Of a stretch of DNA of 64,000 bases, positions 28,303 to 38,158 are shown piece by piece. The stretch comes from a virus. The notes under the pieces were generated by a model that was given only the letters and a program-made list of their open reading frames with translations, did not search any database and was not told the DNA's origin. The translations under genes and the position numbers were made by a program. Every line of letters starts with the position of its first letter. Within the stretch, counting starts at the first letter, position 1. The stretch lies in the IMG/VR virus record IMGVR_UViG_3300005805_000044. The stretch is one strand, 5' to 3'.

Positions 28303-30960
28303 TCAGAAACTAAAGAATTCACCCAAAGTTTTGTCGGTTTGATTAGGATAATCCCAATTCAAAATATTATAAAAATCCATGAGTTTACCCTTCAACTCTT
28401 GTTCATACATGGCGGTTCTATCCACATATTTGTTAATGAAGTCGATGATTTGGTCTGGATCTGTTCCATCCGCTTTCAATGCAATACACTCTGATCCATA
28501 TTCATTTGATTTGAGATATACCCACTTAATCTTTTGTCCATGAAAGATTGGAGGAACCATCTTGTCAAGACCCCAATGTTGCAATAAGTCATTGTAAAAC
28601 AAAGCTGCCTTTGCCTGTGCAGTTGTTCCTTTGATATACTTGAACTTACTACGAGTCTTAGGATTATAGTCAGTCTTTGATTCACCACCACTCTTGAATT
28701 TTACACTAGTGTTCTTGGCAATTTCAATAACTGGAGAATCAACCAAATTTTTATCAAGAAACGTCAAGATATTTTGATCAATCACTTGTTTATCAGTCTT
28801 GCGAAGAATATCATTCAAAAACTGTTGCATGAACTTTCTGAACTGAATTGGAAATGACGTTCTAACTACGTCAATACCTTTCACTTCCATTTCATTAACA
28901 ACCAACCCACCATTGTTGATGATGAACTGGGCATAACGTTTCTTTGCCAACCAAAATCCAGTCTTGGCAATAACTTCTTGTTTTGCGTCAAACCGATGTT
29001 TTTCAATATTGAAGAATCGAAGAGACATCATATCATAAAACTTGTTTACAAACGATTGAACCTCACCAGTGACTTTGAGAATAGCCTCAGTCATCGCCTT
29101 TTCATCGTTCGTATCAATATCAGGCATGTTTTTCTGAATAATGGGAAGCGCACTTGCGAAACAAGAATCTGTATCGGTGTAGATCACCCAATCACCATCA
29201 GTTTCGTTTAGTGTCTTCTTGAAATATTCATTGATCGCTTTACCCGTCGTCTTGATGATATCTTGACCAGTTATAGTGACAGCGCTCGCATTATCCTTGT
29301 CATAGAATCTAAAAATCGGTAGACCCAATACACCATAAATGGAATTGAGAAGAACCTTTTGCACCTTCTGACGTTGTTCATAAAACTCATACATTCCCTC
29401 ATCACCTTTCTTATGATAATCCTTTGCCAACTTACGCATTTCTTTACGTTCATCGAACCACTTCACAAGAATCTCGGGAATAACACCTGGTATATCTTTG
29501 TTATACAATACACCGTTACTTGCAACACTCAAATTGGATTCGGATATTAACTTTTTGAATTGTTCGTGTGAATATACATTACCACCAATATGATACGAAG
29601 ACACTCTGTTTTGTGTAAACATCTTTGCATTATAGATATACAACTTCTGTTGAATATATTCTTCCAACGGAGTTTCTTTTTGTGTTGAATCACTCAGATT
29701 GTTATAATCTTCAGTCAACTCAGCTCTGCGATCTGCAACATATTGATCATCATATTCAATACGTTCAATCACAGCTATCTTGGTCTCAGGTGATATGTTA
29801 AGACTGATGATGATATTTGGATACATTGATGTAAGGTCCAAATCAAATACCCACTCATAACGACCAGGCTTAGGAGCCTTAACATACGCACCTTCAAATC
29901 CTTCTTCATTTTCATCAAGTCTCTGTTCATACTCCTCACGACCTTCCAAAGGTTTGTTCTTGGCAACTTGACCCTTACGGCGAAGATACATAAGAATCGC
30001 ACCCTCAATGAATCGTGAACTCATTTGATAACAATCATAAGGCACATGACCTTTATGACAAATAGCTCTAGCCAACTCAATAAACTGTAGTTTCTTCTCC
30101 AGTGCCACAATGATCTGCACGTCATTCAAGTTATACTCGACATATTTGTTGATGTCGGATTTATACAGATCATCCAAACTACCCTTGTAGGTAATCTTTT
30201 CCATGTTGACGATCTTTTTACCAATCGCACCCAATGCGTAACTTGGCTCTTTCTTGATGTTCAACTTTTCATACAACTTCATGTAATCCAAGTGAGTTAC
30301 ACCGGCAACAACCAACTTTTTACTCCAATCGTTTATATAAACAGTTCCAATCGGACTCATTCGTTTTGCTTGAGATGGTCCAATTACATTCTTCATTCTT
30401 CGATACAGATATGGCATATCGAATTGTTCACTGTTCCATCCAGTCACAATTGTAGGTTGAATTTCTTCCCACTTGGTAATAAAGTGAGTCAACAAACTAT
30501 CTTCATCAGTAAAACAACGAATTTCACGATTATCACTATCAGTGTCTTCCATCAAACCATTTCTGTCCAAAATAAAAGCGGTATACTTTGACGTAAGACT
30601 GTCATAAATTGCAATAGCGGTGATTTCCTTGTCTGCTTCATCAACATTTGGAAAACCACCTTCAGTGCTGACTTCAATATCAAGATACAATACACGATGA
30701 CCTTCAGATACATCGTCACTGTCTTCATACGCATCAATTAGAATACGTGTCTCAATAGGAACGTCTGATTCAAACAGCGATGGATCACGGGGATTAAAAC
30801 TATAAACCTTTTCCAAGTCATCACCAAAGATACTCTTGTATTTACCGTTTGGACGTTTACGATATGCATAAGGACGAAATACAAAACTGGTGTAACCCTT
30901 CTTATCGTCCCAAAGATGACATGTGTTCGTTTTCTTGTCGAAATAAATGTTCTGATACAT
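28303..30960 (-). CDS. gp43: Family B DNA polymerase (gp43-like)
   Basis: DIE exonuclease, GWN..FD, YN..D, DLTSMYP, K..LNS.YG, YTDTDS, KKRY. Confidence 0.95.
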   Translation of the reverse strand: MYQNIYFDKKTNTCHLWDDKKGYTSFVFRPYAYRKRPNGKYKSIFGDDLEKVYSFNPRDPSLFESDVPIETRILIDAYEDSDDVSEGHRVLYLDIEVSTEGGFPNVDEADKEITAIAIYDSLTSKYTAFILDRNGLMEDTDSDNREIRCFTDEDSLLTHFITKWEEIQPTIVTGWNSEQFDMPYLYRRMKNVIGPSQAKRMSPIGTVYINDWSKKLVVAGVTHLDYMKLYEKLNIKKEPSYALGAIGKKIVNMEKITYKGSLDDLYKSDINKYVEYNLNDVQIIVALEKKLQFIELARAICHKGHVPYDCYQMSSRFIEGAILMYLRRKGQVAKNKPLEGREEYEQRLDENEEGFEGAYVKAPKPGRYEWVFDLDLTSMYPNIIISLNISPETKIAVIERIEYDDQYVADRRAELTEDYNNLSDSTQKETPLEEYIQQKLYIYNAKMFTQNRVSSYHIGGNVYSHEQFKKLISESNLSVASNGVLYNKDIPGVIPEILVKWFDERKEMRKLAKDYHKKGDEGMYEFYEQRQKVQKVLLNSIYGVLGLPIFRFYDKDNASAVTITGQDIIKTTGKAINEYFKKTLNETDGDWVIYTDTDSCFASALPIIQKNMPDIDTNDEKAMTEAILKVTGEVQSFVNKFYDMMSLRFFNIEKHRFDAKQEVIAKTGFWLAKKRYAQFIINNGGLVVNEMEVKGIDVVRTSFPIQFRKFMQQFLNDILRKTDKQVIDQNILTFLDKNLVDSPVIEIAKNTSVKFKSGGESKTDYNPKTRSKFKYIKGTTAQAKAALFYNDLLQHWGLDKMVPPIFHGQKIKWVYLKSNEYGSECIALKADGTDPDQIIDFINKYVDRTAMYEQELKGKLMDFYNILNWDYPNQTDKTLGEFFSF

Positions 30961-30971
30961 ACTCTATGTTC

Positions 30972-31202
30972 TTATGGTAACCGCAACTTGTCCATAAGTC
31001 CATCAAAAACTTGGCGATGTTCTTCTTTTATCAATATTCTACAATTAGTTAATTTATTCATCAATTTTCTATGGTTAATACTTGTGAATAAACTAGGTTC
31101 AAGTTCTACGCCAGCTAATACTTGCGGCGGAACCTTATTTACACAATACCATAATATTGATAATTCGTCTTCGTTTAAACTACGTAACTGTTGTAATGTC
31201 AT
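30972..31202 (-). CDS. Hypothetical protein
   Basis: 76-aa ORF coupled to upstream gene by 4-nt overlap. Confidence 0.55.
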   Translation of the reverse strand: MTLQQLRSLNEDELSILWYCVNKVPPQVLAGVELEPSLFTSINHRKLMNKLTNCRILIKEEHRQVFDGLMDKLRLP

Positions 31203-31945
31203 TTAAGCTTAAAACCAAATATATTAGAATCATAATTTACAAACAATGTGTTGTCTAATTTTGTTTGCAAAGTCTTAATTTCGGCGGCATGAGATTCTTT
31301 TTCTACATCTTCTACTTCTTTTATACTAAAGCTGTTTCCAAGCACTGTTACTTTTGCTTCTCTTGGACTAAGTGCTGCTTGCGGAGTAATTACAAGAAAA
31401 TCTCCCTCTTTGATTTCTTTCTTTTTCTTTGAAGATTTTGTATCCAACACTGTTGCTTTGCCTTCTACCACATAAACTTGTGTAAACTTTTCGCCGGATT
31501 TAACAAACAATTTTGCTTTATCAAAAACAATCAATCCCATGCTTGTGCCAATTGTAAGTTGTTTGTCAGCTTCACTTATTACATACAATTCACCATTTGA
31601 TGAAAAATTAAATAAATGATCTTTGACTTTTACTACCTCAGGCAATTTAAAATTGTTAATGTATTCAGTTTGGGTTTGATTAAAATACGTCGCAGAGTTT
31701 TCCTTTTGACACACTGCTACTCTATATGGCAACACATATACGGATGTTCCATTTGTTGAAGTGGTGACCGACAAACTATTGGTCAAAGTATAAGTTTTTC
31801 CAACAGTAATATCATAGTCCTTTAACTTGTTTGCTACTACTTCAGAGATAGTTACACCCAATGTAGATTCATACAAAAATAGGTCATTACCAAATGCATT
31901 TATTGATAATAATACGGAGAAAATTATTGATGTTAATTTGTTCAT
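31199..31945 (-). CDS. Secreted protein with FecR-like beta-rich domain
   Basis: Signal peptide ending AFG, plus TQVYVVEGKATV motif typical of FecR domains. Confidence 0.5.
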   Translation of the reverse strand: MNKLTSIIFSVLLSINAFGNDLFLYESTLGVTISEVVANKLKDYDITVGKTYTLTNSLSVTTSTNGTSVYVLPYRVAVCQKENSATYFNQTQTEYINNFKLPEVVKVKDHLFNFSSNGELYVISEADKQLTIGTSMGLIVFDKAKLFVKSGEKFTQVYVVEGKATVLDTKSSKKKKEIKEGDFLVITPQAALSPREAKVTVLGNSFSIKEVEDVEKESHAAEIKTLQTKLDNTLFVNYDSNIFGFKLK

Positions 31946-31951
31946 ATGTTA

Positions 31952-31958
31952 ATAAATA
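31952..31958 (-). promoter_or_regulatory. TATTTAT box (putative late promoter)
   Basis: 6 nt before ATG 31945. Confidence 0.5.
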
Positions 31959-31968
31959 GTTGTTATAA

Positions 31969-31996
31969 TTGACACACGGTAATTATAGTGTATCAT
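31969..31996 (+). promoter_or_regulatory. Sigma70-type promoter for exonuclease operon
   Basis: TTGACA-16-TATCAT. Confidence 0.55.
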
Positions 31997-32002
31997 GTTG
32001 TT

Positions 32003-32893
32003 ATGTCTGATCAAGAAATAAAAAAGAATAGAGTAAGTTTTAGTCAATATTCCACGTTTTTAAAGTGTCCTCACAAGTGGTATCTTGATTATGTTAAGAA
32101 TCTACGTGTTCGTGATGATAATATCAATACCACGTTTGGAACTGCCATTCATCATGTATTTCAGACGTATCTAGATACACTGTATAAAAAGAGTGTGACC
32201 GAAGCAGACTCATTAAATCTTCGTCAAATGTTTATCGACAAATTTAGTGAAGAAGTGAAAAAGATCGCAACTGTAGGAGGATCATATACAGAAGAAGAAT
32301 TCACCGAATTTTGTTATGATGGTGAAGATATTATTTCTACATTTTGTAAGACCGCCAATAGACTTAAACATTTTCCAGCAAAAGAATATGAACTAATTGG
32401 TATTGAAATTCCTCTAGAAATTTCTATCAAAAATAATGTGGAGTTTGTTGGATTTATTGATATTGTCTTAAAAGAAGTCAATAAAGAACGATACAGAATC
32501 ATTGATTTTAAGACCTCAAGTCAAGGTTGGAACAAGTATCAAAAGGCTGACGAAGCTAAATATGCTCAGTTGCATCTCTACAAGAGTGTATACAGTAAGA
32601 AGTTCAATGTGCCTTTGGATGCAATTGATGTCGAATTTTTTATTGTTAAACGTAAGTTGTTAGAAAACGTTAGCTTTCCTCAAAGCAGAATTCAAGTGTT
32701 TGTTCCACCACATGGATCGAATGATATCAAAGAATCCATCAATAACTTTATTGAATTCTTGGATCATGGGTTCAACCCAGATGGGTCATATAACGAAACC
32801 AATCAGTATCCAAAGATTCCAGGCAATGGAAAAAAGAACTGCAAATATTGTATCCACTACAAGAAAATTTGCGATGGTAAAGCTACAAAATAA
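32003..32893 (+). CDS. PD-(D/E)xK exonuclease, Cas4/AddB-like with 4-Cys cluster
   Basis: SFSQ..CP, FGTAIH, GFID, IIDFKT, QL.LY, CKYC......C. Confidence 0.85.
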   Translation: MSDQEIKKNRVSFSQYSTFLKCPHKWYLDYVKNLRVRDDNINTTFGTAIHHVFQTYLDTLYKKSVTEADSLNLRQMFIDKFSEEVKKIATVGGSYTEEEFTEFCYDGEDIISTFCKTANRLKHFPAKEYELIGIEIPLEISIKNNVEFVGFIDIVLKEVNKERYRIIDFKTSSQGWNKYQKADEAKYAQLHLYKSVYSKKFNVPLDAIDVEFFIVKRKLLENVSFPQSRIQVFVPPHGSNDIKESINNFIEFLDHGFNPDGSYNETNQYPKIPGNGKKNCKYCIHYKKICDGKATK

Positions 32894-32942
32894 AATATAA
32901 CATTTGTTGGCATATTTACATACGTATATATGTGAATATGTT

Positions 32943-33164
32943 ATGGACCAATTTGTTACTACAGTAAAACTTGATAATGAGTTATATACTCAATTCAAGG
33001 AAATCAATGTGCGAGCACGTATTTCGTTTCAAGACTTTGTAAATAAATGTCTTCAAAAGTATATTGAAGATGATAGTTTTAGAAATGAAATCAGTGAAAG
33101 TGTTACACAACAATTAAGTTATAATCAACCGTTTCAATTTTCAAATCCAAAAGACAAAAAATGA
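32943..33164 (+). CDS. Small ribbon-helix-helix-like DNA-binding protein
   Basis: VTTVKL strand followed by two helices (LYTQFKE, SFQDFVNKCL). ATG 32943. Confidence 0.5.
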   Translation: MDQFVTTVKLDNELYTQFKEINVRARISFQDFVNKCLQKYIEDDSFRNEISESVTQQLSYNQPFQFSNPKDKK

Positions 33165-33709
33165 ATAAGAAAAAGAAAATACTTTTGTTAAGTGACGATT
33201 TGCGAATGCATAGTGGTGTAGCTACTATGAGTCGAGAATTAGTTACAGGCACCCTTCATCATTATGATTGGGTTCAAATGGCTGGAGCAATTAAACATCC
33301 TGAACAAGGAAAAGTGGTAGACATGTGTGATGCTTCAAATCGATTGACAGGTTTAAAAGATTGTTATTTAAAACTATATCCAGTTGATGGTTATGGTAAC
33401 GAAGAAATATTATTTAATGTAATGGCCGTTGAAAAACCGGACGCTATTTTACATTTTACAGATCCAAGATTTTGGACATGGTTATACTTGATCGAACATC
33501 AATTAAGAAGCAAAATTCCATTAACATACCTTGATATTTGGGATGATCTACCATATCCAATGTGGAACAAACCATTCTACAAGAGTTGTGATGCTCTATT
33601 TGCGATTAGTAAACAAACTGATAATATTAATAAGTGGGTCTTGGGCCCAGAAAACTGCACTAGTATTCACGGAGATTTTGATAAGGAAGGAAAAATTATA
33701 TGCCAGTAA
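33161..33709 (+). CDS. GT4 glycosyltransferase, N-terminal half (split gene)
   Basis: ILLLSDD..HSGVA, WDDLPYP, AISKQT. Lacks the nucleotide-binding domain. Confidence 0.75.
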   Translation: MNKKKKILLLSDDLRMHSGVATMSRELVTGTLHHYDWVQMAGAIKHPEQGKVVDMCDASNRLTGLKDCYLKLYPVDGYGNEEILFNVMAVEKPDAILHFTDPRFWTWLYLIEHQLRSKIPLTYLDIWDDLPYPMWNKPFYKSCDALFAISKQTDNINKWVLGPENCTSIHGDFDKEGKIICQ

Positions 33710-34668
33710 AAGGAAAACATCTACTTCACTATGTTCCTCATGGAATAGACCAGAAACTTTTTTGTCAATTGCCTAAAGACAACAGCAATGTCAGAAAATT
33801 AAAGAAAGAATTATTTGGTGAAAATAAATATGAATTTATTGTAGGGTTTAACAGTAGAAACTCTCACAGAAAACATCCATCTAATTTAATTCTAGCTTTT
33901 AAAACATTCTGCGATCATTTATCAAAAGAAGAAGCTTCTAAATGCGCTTTATTGTTGCATACAGATAAAATTTGTGACCAAGGAACTGATCTTCTTGCCG
34001 TAATTAAAGCTATATGTCCAGATTATACAGTAGTCATTGATGATCTCCGAAGAACTCCTGATGAAATGGTTGCTTTCTATAACATCACGGATGTAGTGGC
34101 AAACGTAAGTTCTAATGAAGGATTTGGTCTTAGCATCGCAGAATCAATCATGTGTGGAACTCCTGTAATTGCAACTGTCACGGGTGGTTTACAAGATCAA
34201 CTTGGTTTGGTTGACAGCGATGGCAAGTCATATACATTTGATTTGGAATTTGGAACTAATGTTACTGGTAAATATAAGAAACATGGCAACTGGGCAAAAC
34301 CACTTTGGACTAAAATTCAAACACTACAAGGAAGTCCTCCAACCCCATATATCATGGATGATTTTGTAGATTACAAGGATATTGCTGATGCAATGATGTA
34401 TTGGTATCTTGCTGGTCCTCAAAAACGTGAACAATATGGACAAGAAGGTCGTGAATGGGCGTGTGGTGAAGGGGGAATTAACAGTAAAAACATGTGTGAT
34501 CAATTTATTAAAGGAATGGATTTTACACTTGAAAACTTTACACCACCAAAGAAGTTTGATATATTTCAATACAGTGAAAATTACAATACCAAAAATTTGC
34601 CTCAAGGAAAAGTTGGATTTGAAACACATAAAATTGATATAGAAAAAATTAAACAAGAAATACCATGA
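33700..34668 (+). CDS. GT4 glycosyltransferase, C-terminal half (split gene)
   Basis: YVPHGID, RN..RK, SNEGFGLSIAES..CGTPVI. Confidence 0.8.
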   Translation: MPVKGKHLLHYVPHGIDQKLFCQLPKDNSNVRKLKKELFGENKYEFIVGFNSRNSHRKHPSNLILAFKTFCDHLSKEEASKCALLLHTDKICDQGTDLLAVIKAICPDYTVVIDDLRRTPDEMVAFYNITDVVANVSSNEGFGLSIAESIMCGTPVIATVTGGLQDQLGLVDSDGKSYTFDLEFGTNVTGKYKKHGNWAKPLWTKIQTLQGSPPTPYIMDDFVDYKDIADAMMYWYLAGPQKREQYGQEGREWACGEGGINSKNMCDQFIKGMDFTLENFTPPKKFDIFQYSENYNTKNLPQGKVGFETHKIDIEKIKQEIP

Positions 34669-35231
34669 ATATTGTAAAAATGTCTAATAAAGCTCAAATA
34701 CCGTCTAAAGGTAGTAAAGGTGCGGCTGGTTATGATTTATACACCACCGAATCATATGAGTTAAAACCGGGCGAACGTAAAACATTCAAAACCGATATTA
34801 AAATAGCAATACCAGAGGGTGTTTATGGTAGAATCGCACCAAGAAGTGGTCTTGCTGTAAAACATGGTATTGATGTGTTGGCAGGCGTAATTGATAGTGA
34901 TTATACTGGTGAAATACTAGTTGCTCTTATCAACCTGGGTGATACACCAGTCCAATTACCTATTATTAAAGAAGGTAAAGAAACTGCTATAGCACAAATC
35001 ATTTTTGAAACATATACAAATTATAGGTTCAATGAAGTTGACGATTTGACTGTGACTCAACGTGGTAGTAGTGGATTTGGAAGCACAGACCAAAAAAATG
35101 AGACAATTGATTTAGCTAAAAAACAAATGAAAAGTATAGAAGAACTATATAATAATTTAGGTAATGCTCCCCAACCCCCATCAAGACGTTATGTTGATTT
35201 AATTAAAGAAAGAGAACAACAATTAGGATAA
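34665..35231 (+). CDS. dut: Trimeric dUTPase with C-terminal extension
   Basis: AAGYDL, RIAPRSG, GVIDSDY.G, IAQ, RGSSGFGST. Confidence 0.93.
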   Translation: MNIVKMSNKAQIPSKGSKGAAGYDLYTTESYELKPGERKTFKTDIKIAIPEGVYGRIAPRSGLAVKHGIDVLAGVIDSDYTGEILVALINLGDTPVQLPIIKEGKETAIAQIIFETYTNYRFNEVDDLTVTQRGSSGFGSTDQKNETIDLAKKQMKSIEELYNNLGNAPQPPSRRYVDLIKEREQQLG

Positions 35232-35234
35232 TTT

Positions 35235-36551
35235 ATGAGTAAACCATTATGCGTAATTTCGGGTCCAGTATTTAATCGTAGCGGATATGGAGATTGGTCA
35301 ACTGCTGTTGCCAAAAGTATAATTCGTTATGACAAATTTGATGTTAAAATTGCACCACAGAAATGGGGTAATTGTCAAAGTAAAAGATTTTCAGAAGAAA
35401 TCACCGATCCAGAGGACATAAATTTATTGAGTAAGTTTATAAACGCTCCCCTTACAAAACAACCTGATCTTTGCATTCAGTTGTCAATTCCCAATGAATT
35501 TCAAAAAATTGGAAAATATAATATTGGTATGACTGCCGGTATTGAAACGACAGTTGCATCCGGACAGTTTATCGAAGGTGTTAATAGAGTTGATTTAACA
35601 ATTGCTTTATCAAAGCATGCCAAAGATATTCTAATGAATACTAAAATGATAAAGCAATTACCAAACGGAACTAAAGAAGATATTTCTGTTAAAAAACCAA
35701 TTGAAGTATGTTTCTGGGGCGCGGATACAAATATTTTTAAAAAAACAGAAGACCGTGTATCTACCGTAGATGAAATGTTAGAAAAAATTCCGGAAGACTT
35801 TGCTTATCTATTTGTTGGTCAATGGACGCATGGTAAATTATTTGCAGACAGAAAAGATATCTGTAATCTTATTGATTCATTCTGTGAAGCATTTAACAAC
35901 AATTCTCCTACAAAACCATGTTTAATTCTTAAAACGTCGGGTGTAGGATTTTCAACAATGGATAGATTTGATACACTTAAAAATATCAATGAGATTACCT
36001 CAAAATTTAAAGGATCCGTTCCAAACATATATTTGTTACACGGAGAACTATCCGAGATAGAAATGAACGCGTTATTTAATCACCCAAAGATTAAAGCACA
36101 CGTTAGTTTCACTCATGGTGAAGGATATGGTCATCCATTATTGTTGCAATCATTAAGTGGCAAACCATTATTTGTATCAAATTGGAGTGGTCATCTTGAT
36201 TTCTTAAATCCAAAATACGCAAATCTTTTGCCAGGACAATTAGTAGACATTGATAAAAATTCGGTCAACGAGTGGTTACTCAAAGAAAGTAAATGGTTTA
36301 AGGTCTCGTATGGATTAGCTCAAAATAAACTCAAAGAATTTTTCTATCAAAAACCTAAAAAGATTGTGGAAAACGCAGAACTTCTTAGAATAGAAAACTC
36401 TGAAAAGTTTAGTATGTCTGCTATGGATAAAAGACTATGGTCAATATTGGATCAGTATGTTCCAAAATTTGCCACAGAAAATCAATTTGTTCTGCCAAAG
36501 TTAAACAAAGCTCCATCATCAGTAATTGATTTACCAACGTTGAAAATCTAA
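35235..36551 (+). CDS. GT4-family glycosyltransferase
   Basis: RSGYG, TAGIET, DRKD, GEGYG.PL, NWSGHLDF. Confidence 0.8.
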   Translation: MSKPLCVISGPVFNRSGYGDWSTAVAKSIIRYDKFDVKIAPQKWGNCQSKRFSEEITDPEDINLLSKFINAPLTKQPDLCIQLSIPNEFQKIGKYNIGMTAGIETTVASGQFIEGVNRVDLTIALSKHAKDILMNTKMIKQLPNGTKEDISVKKPIEVCFWGADTNIFKKTEDRVSTVDEMLEKIPEDFAYLFVGQWTHGKLFADRKDICNLIDSFCEAFNNNSPTKPCLILKTSGVGFSTMDRFDTLKNINEITSKFKGSVPNIYLLHGELSEIEMNALFNHPKIKAHVSFTHGEGYGHPLLLQSLSGKPLFVSNWSGHLDFLNPKYANLLPGQLVDIDKNSVNEWLLKESKWFKVSYGLAQNKLKEFFYQKPKKIVENAELLRIENSEKFSMSAMDKRLWSILDQYVPKFATENQFVLPKLNKAPSSVIDLPTLKI

Positions 36552-36554
36552 TTT

Positions 36555-37196
36555 ATGTTTTTATCATTTTTGGTTACAACACACAATGAAACAGATTGTT
36601 TAGATAAATTATTGTCTAAATTATGTAATGTCTTGAAACCAAATCAAGAGATTGTAATTGTAGATGATCATTCTACTAACCCAATCACTCTTGAAATCTT
36701 TGAAAAATATAAGAATTCAATTATTCTTCATCGACATAAGTTGGACAACAACTATGGTGCTCAAAAAAATTATGGTGTAGAAAATTGTAGAGGTGAATGG
36801 ATATTTCAAATAGATGCTGACGAATATCCAACTGATTTATTGTTGCAACATTTGTCATTAATAATTGAACAAAATAACAGTAATGATCTTATTTGGTTGC
36901 CACGTTGTAATTATTTTTTAGGTGTAACACAAAGTGATATTGATCGATGGGGATGGCAATACAGAGACAATATGGTAAATTTCCCAGATTACCAAGCACG
37001 TTTATTTCGTAACAAACCATTCATACGTTACAAAAAAAGATTGCATGAACGTGTTGATGGTTATGAAAGTTATACATTAATTCCTCCTCAAAAAGATTAT
37101 GCTATAATTCACGAAAAGACTATTGAGAAACAACGTGAATCAAACGAGAGATACAACAAACATTTCACTGTGGAAGAAAATATGGGAATGTCATGA
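36555..37196 (+). CDS. GT2-family glycosyltransferase
   Basis: THNE, VDDHS, IDADE, PDYQARL, LHE. Confidence 0.85.
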   Translation: MFLSFLVTTHNETDCLDKLLSKLCNVLKPNQEIVIVDDHSTNPITLEIFEKYKNSIILHRHKLDNNYGAQKNYGVENCRGEWIFQIDADEYPTDLLLQHLSLIIEQNNSNDLIWLPRCNYFLGVTQSDIDRWGWQYRDNMVNFPDYQARLFRNKPFIRYKKRLHERVDGYESYTLIPPQKDYAIIHEKTIEKQRESNERYNKHFTVEENMGMS

Positions 37197-38158
37197 AAAC
37201 ATGTTTTATTAGTCCAATTAATATTGTAGGTAAAGTTCCAAGAACATTCAAAAACATGAGTGTGGTTGTATCTTGGCCTACTTCCTCTGAATCAGATATA
37301 TTGCCGATTTATTCTGTTGCTTCCGCACCCGTTGATAGTTTAAAACAAGAATATGATTTGGGAGTAATAATACTTCCTAAAAATCTCAAAGACCTTAACC
37401 TTGATACACTTTTAATAAATGCTAAAAAGTTGTGTAGAAAAATAGGTGTAATGCAAGAAGGTAGTCATTGGTATTATCAAGACTACAATTATGTCGATCA
37501 AATTCGTTATTTGAATTTCTTAGGATCTATGGATGTAATGTTTGCTCATAATAAAACAGACGTTCCGTATTTTCGTGGTATGTTTAAAAAACCAACGTAT
37601 ACTCTTCAAACATTGATTGTAGATGATGGTATAAAAGAACGAAATGTAACTCCATCACGAAATGGTGAACCTATTATTGGTGGTAATTTTTGTAGTTGGT
37701 ATAGTGGAATGGATAGTTACTTTGTGGCTAGAAATTTTAACAAACCAATTTGGATTCCAAGTATGGGTCGAAAGATAGAAAATGAAGAACTCATTCCAAA
37801 CTTGAATCACTTACCATTTTTAGAATGGATTGATTGGATGGAACAATTGTCTAGATTCAGTTATGGTATTCATTTGATGAGACCCAGAGTTGCAGGAACG
37901 TTTGCATTGAACTGTTCTTATTGGGGTATTCCATGTATTGGTTATAAAGGATTGGATACACAAGACATACTTCATCCATCATTGAGTGTAGAAGTTGGAG
38001 ATATTGAATCCGCCAACGCATTGGCAATACGTCTACGTGATGACAAAGACTTTTATGATGAGTGTGTGAATACAACCACAACAAATTATGATAAATATTA
38101 CAAAGAATCTGTTTGGTTGGAAAAGTGGAAAGAGATGTGTGAAGATATACTCAAATGA
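37193..38158 (+). CDS. GT-B-like glycosyltransferase
   Basis: QEG..W, AGTFALNC...GIPCIGY. Confidence 0.6.
   Translation: MKTCFISPINIVGKVPRTFKNMSVVVSWPTSSESDILPIYSVASAPVDSLKQEYDLGVIILPKNLKDLNLDTLLINAKKLCRKIGVMQEGSHWYYQDYNYVDQIRYLNFLGSMDVMFAHNKTDVPYFRGMFKKPTYTLQTLIVDDGIKERNVTPSRNGEPIIGGNFCSWYSGMDSYFVARNFNKPIWIPSMGRKIENEELIPNLNHLPFLEWIDWMEQLSRFSYGIHLMRPRVAGTFALNCSYWGIPCIGYKGLDTQDILHPSLSVEVGDIESANALAIRLRDDKDFYDECVNTTTTNYDKYYKESVWLEKWKEMCEDILK

Noticed and set aside
32003-32893. CRISPR-Cas system suggested by the Cas4-like nuclease
   Set aside because: No repeat-spacer array or other cas genes. Solo Cas4-like exonucleases are common in phages.
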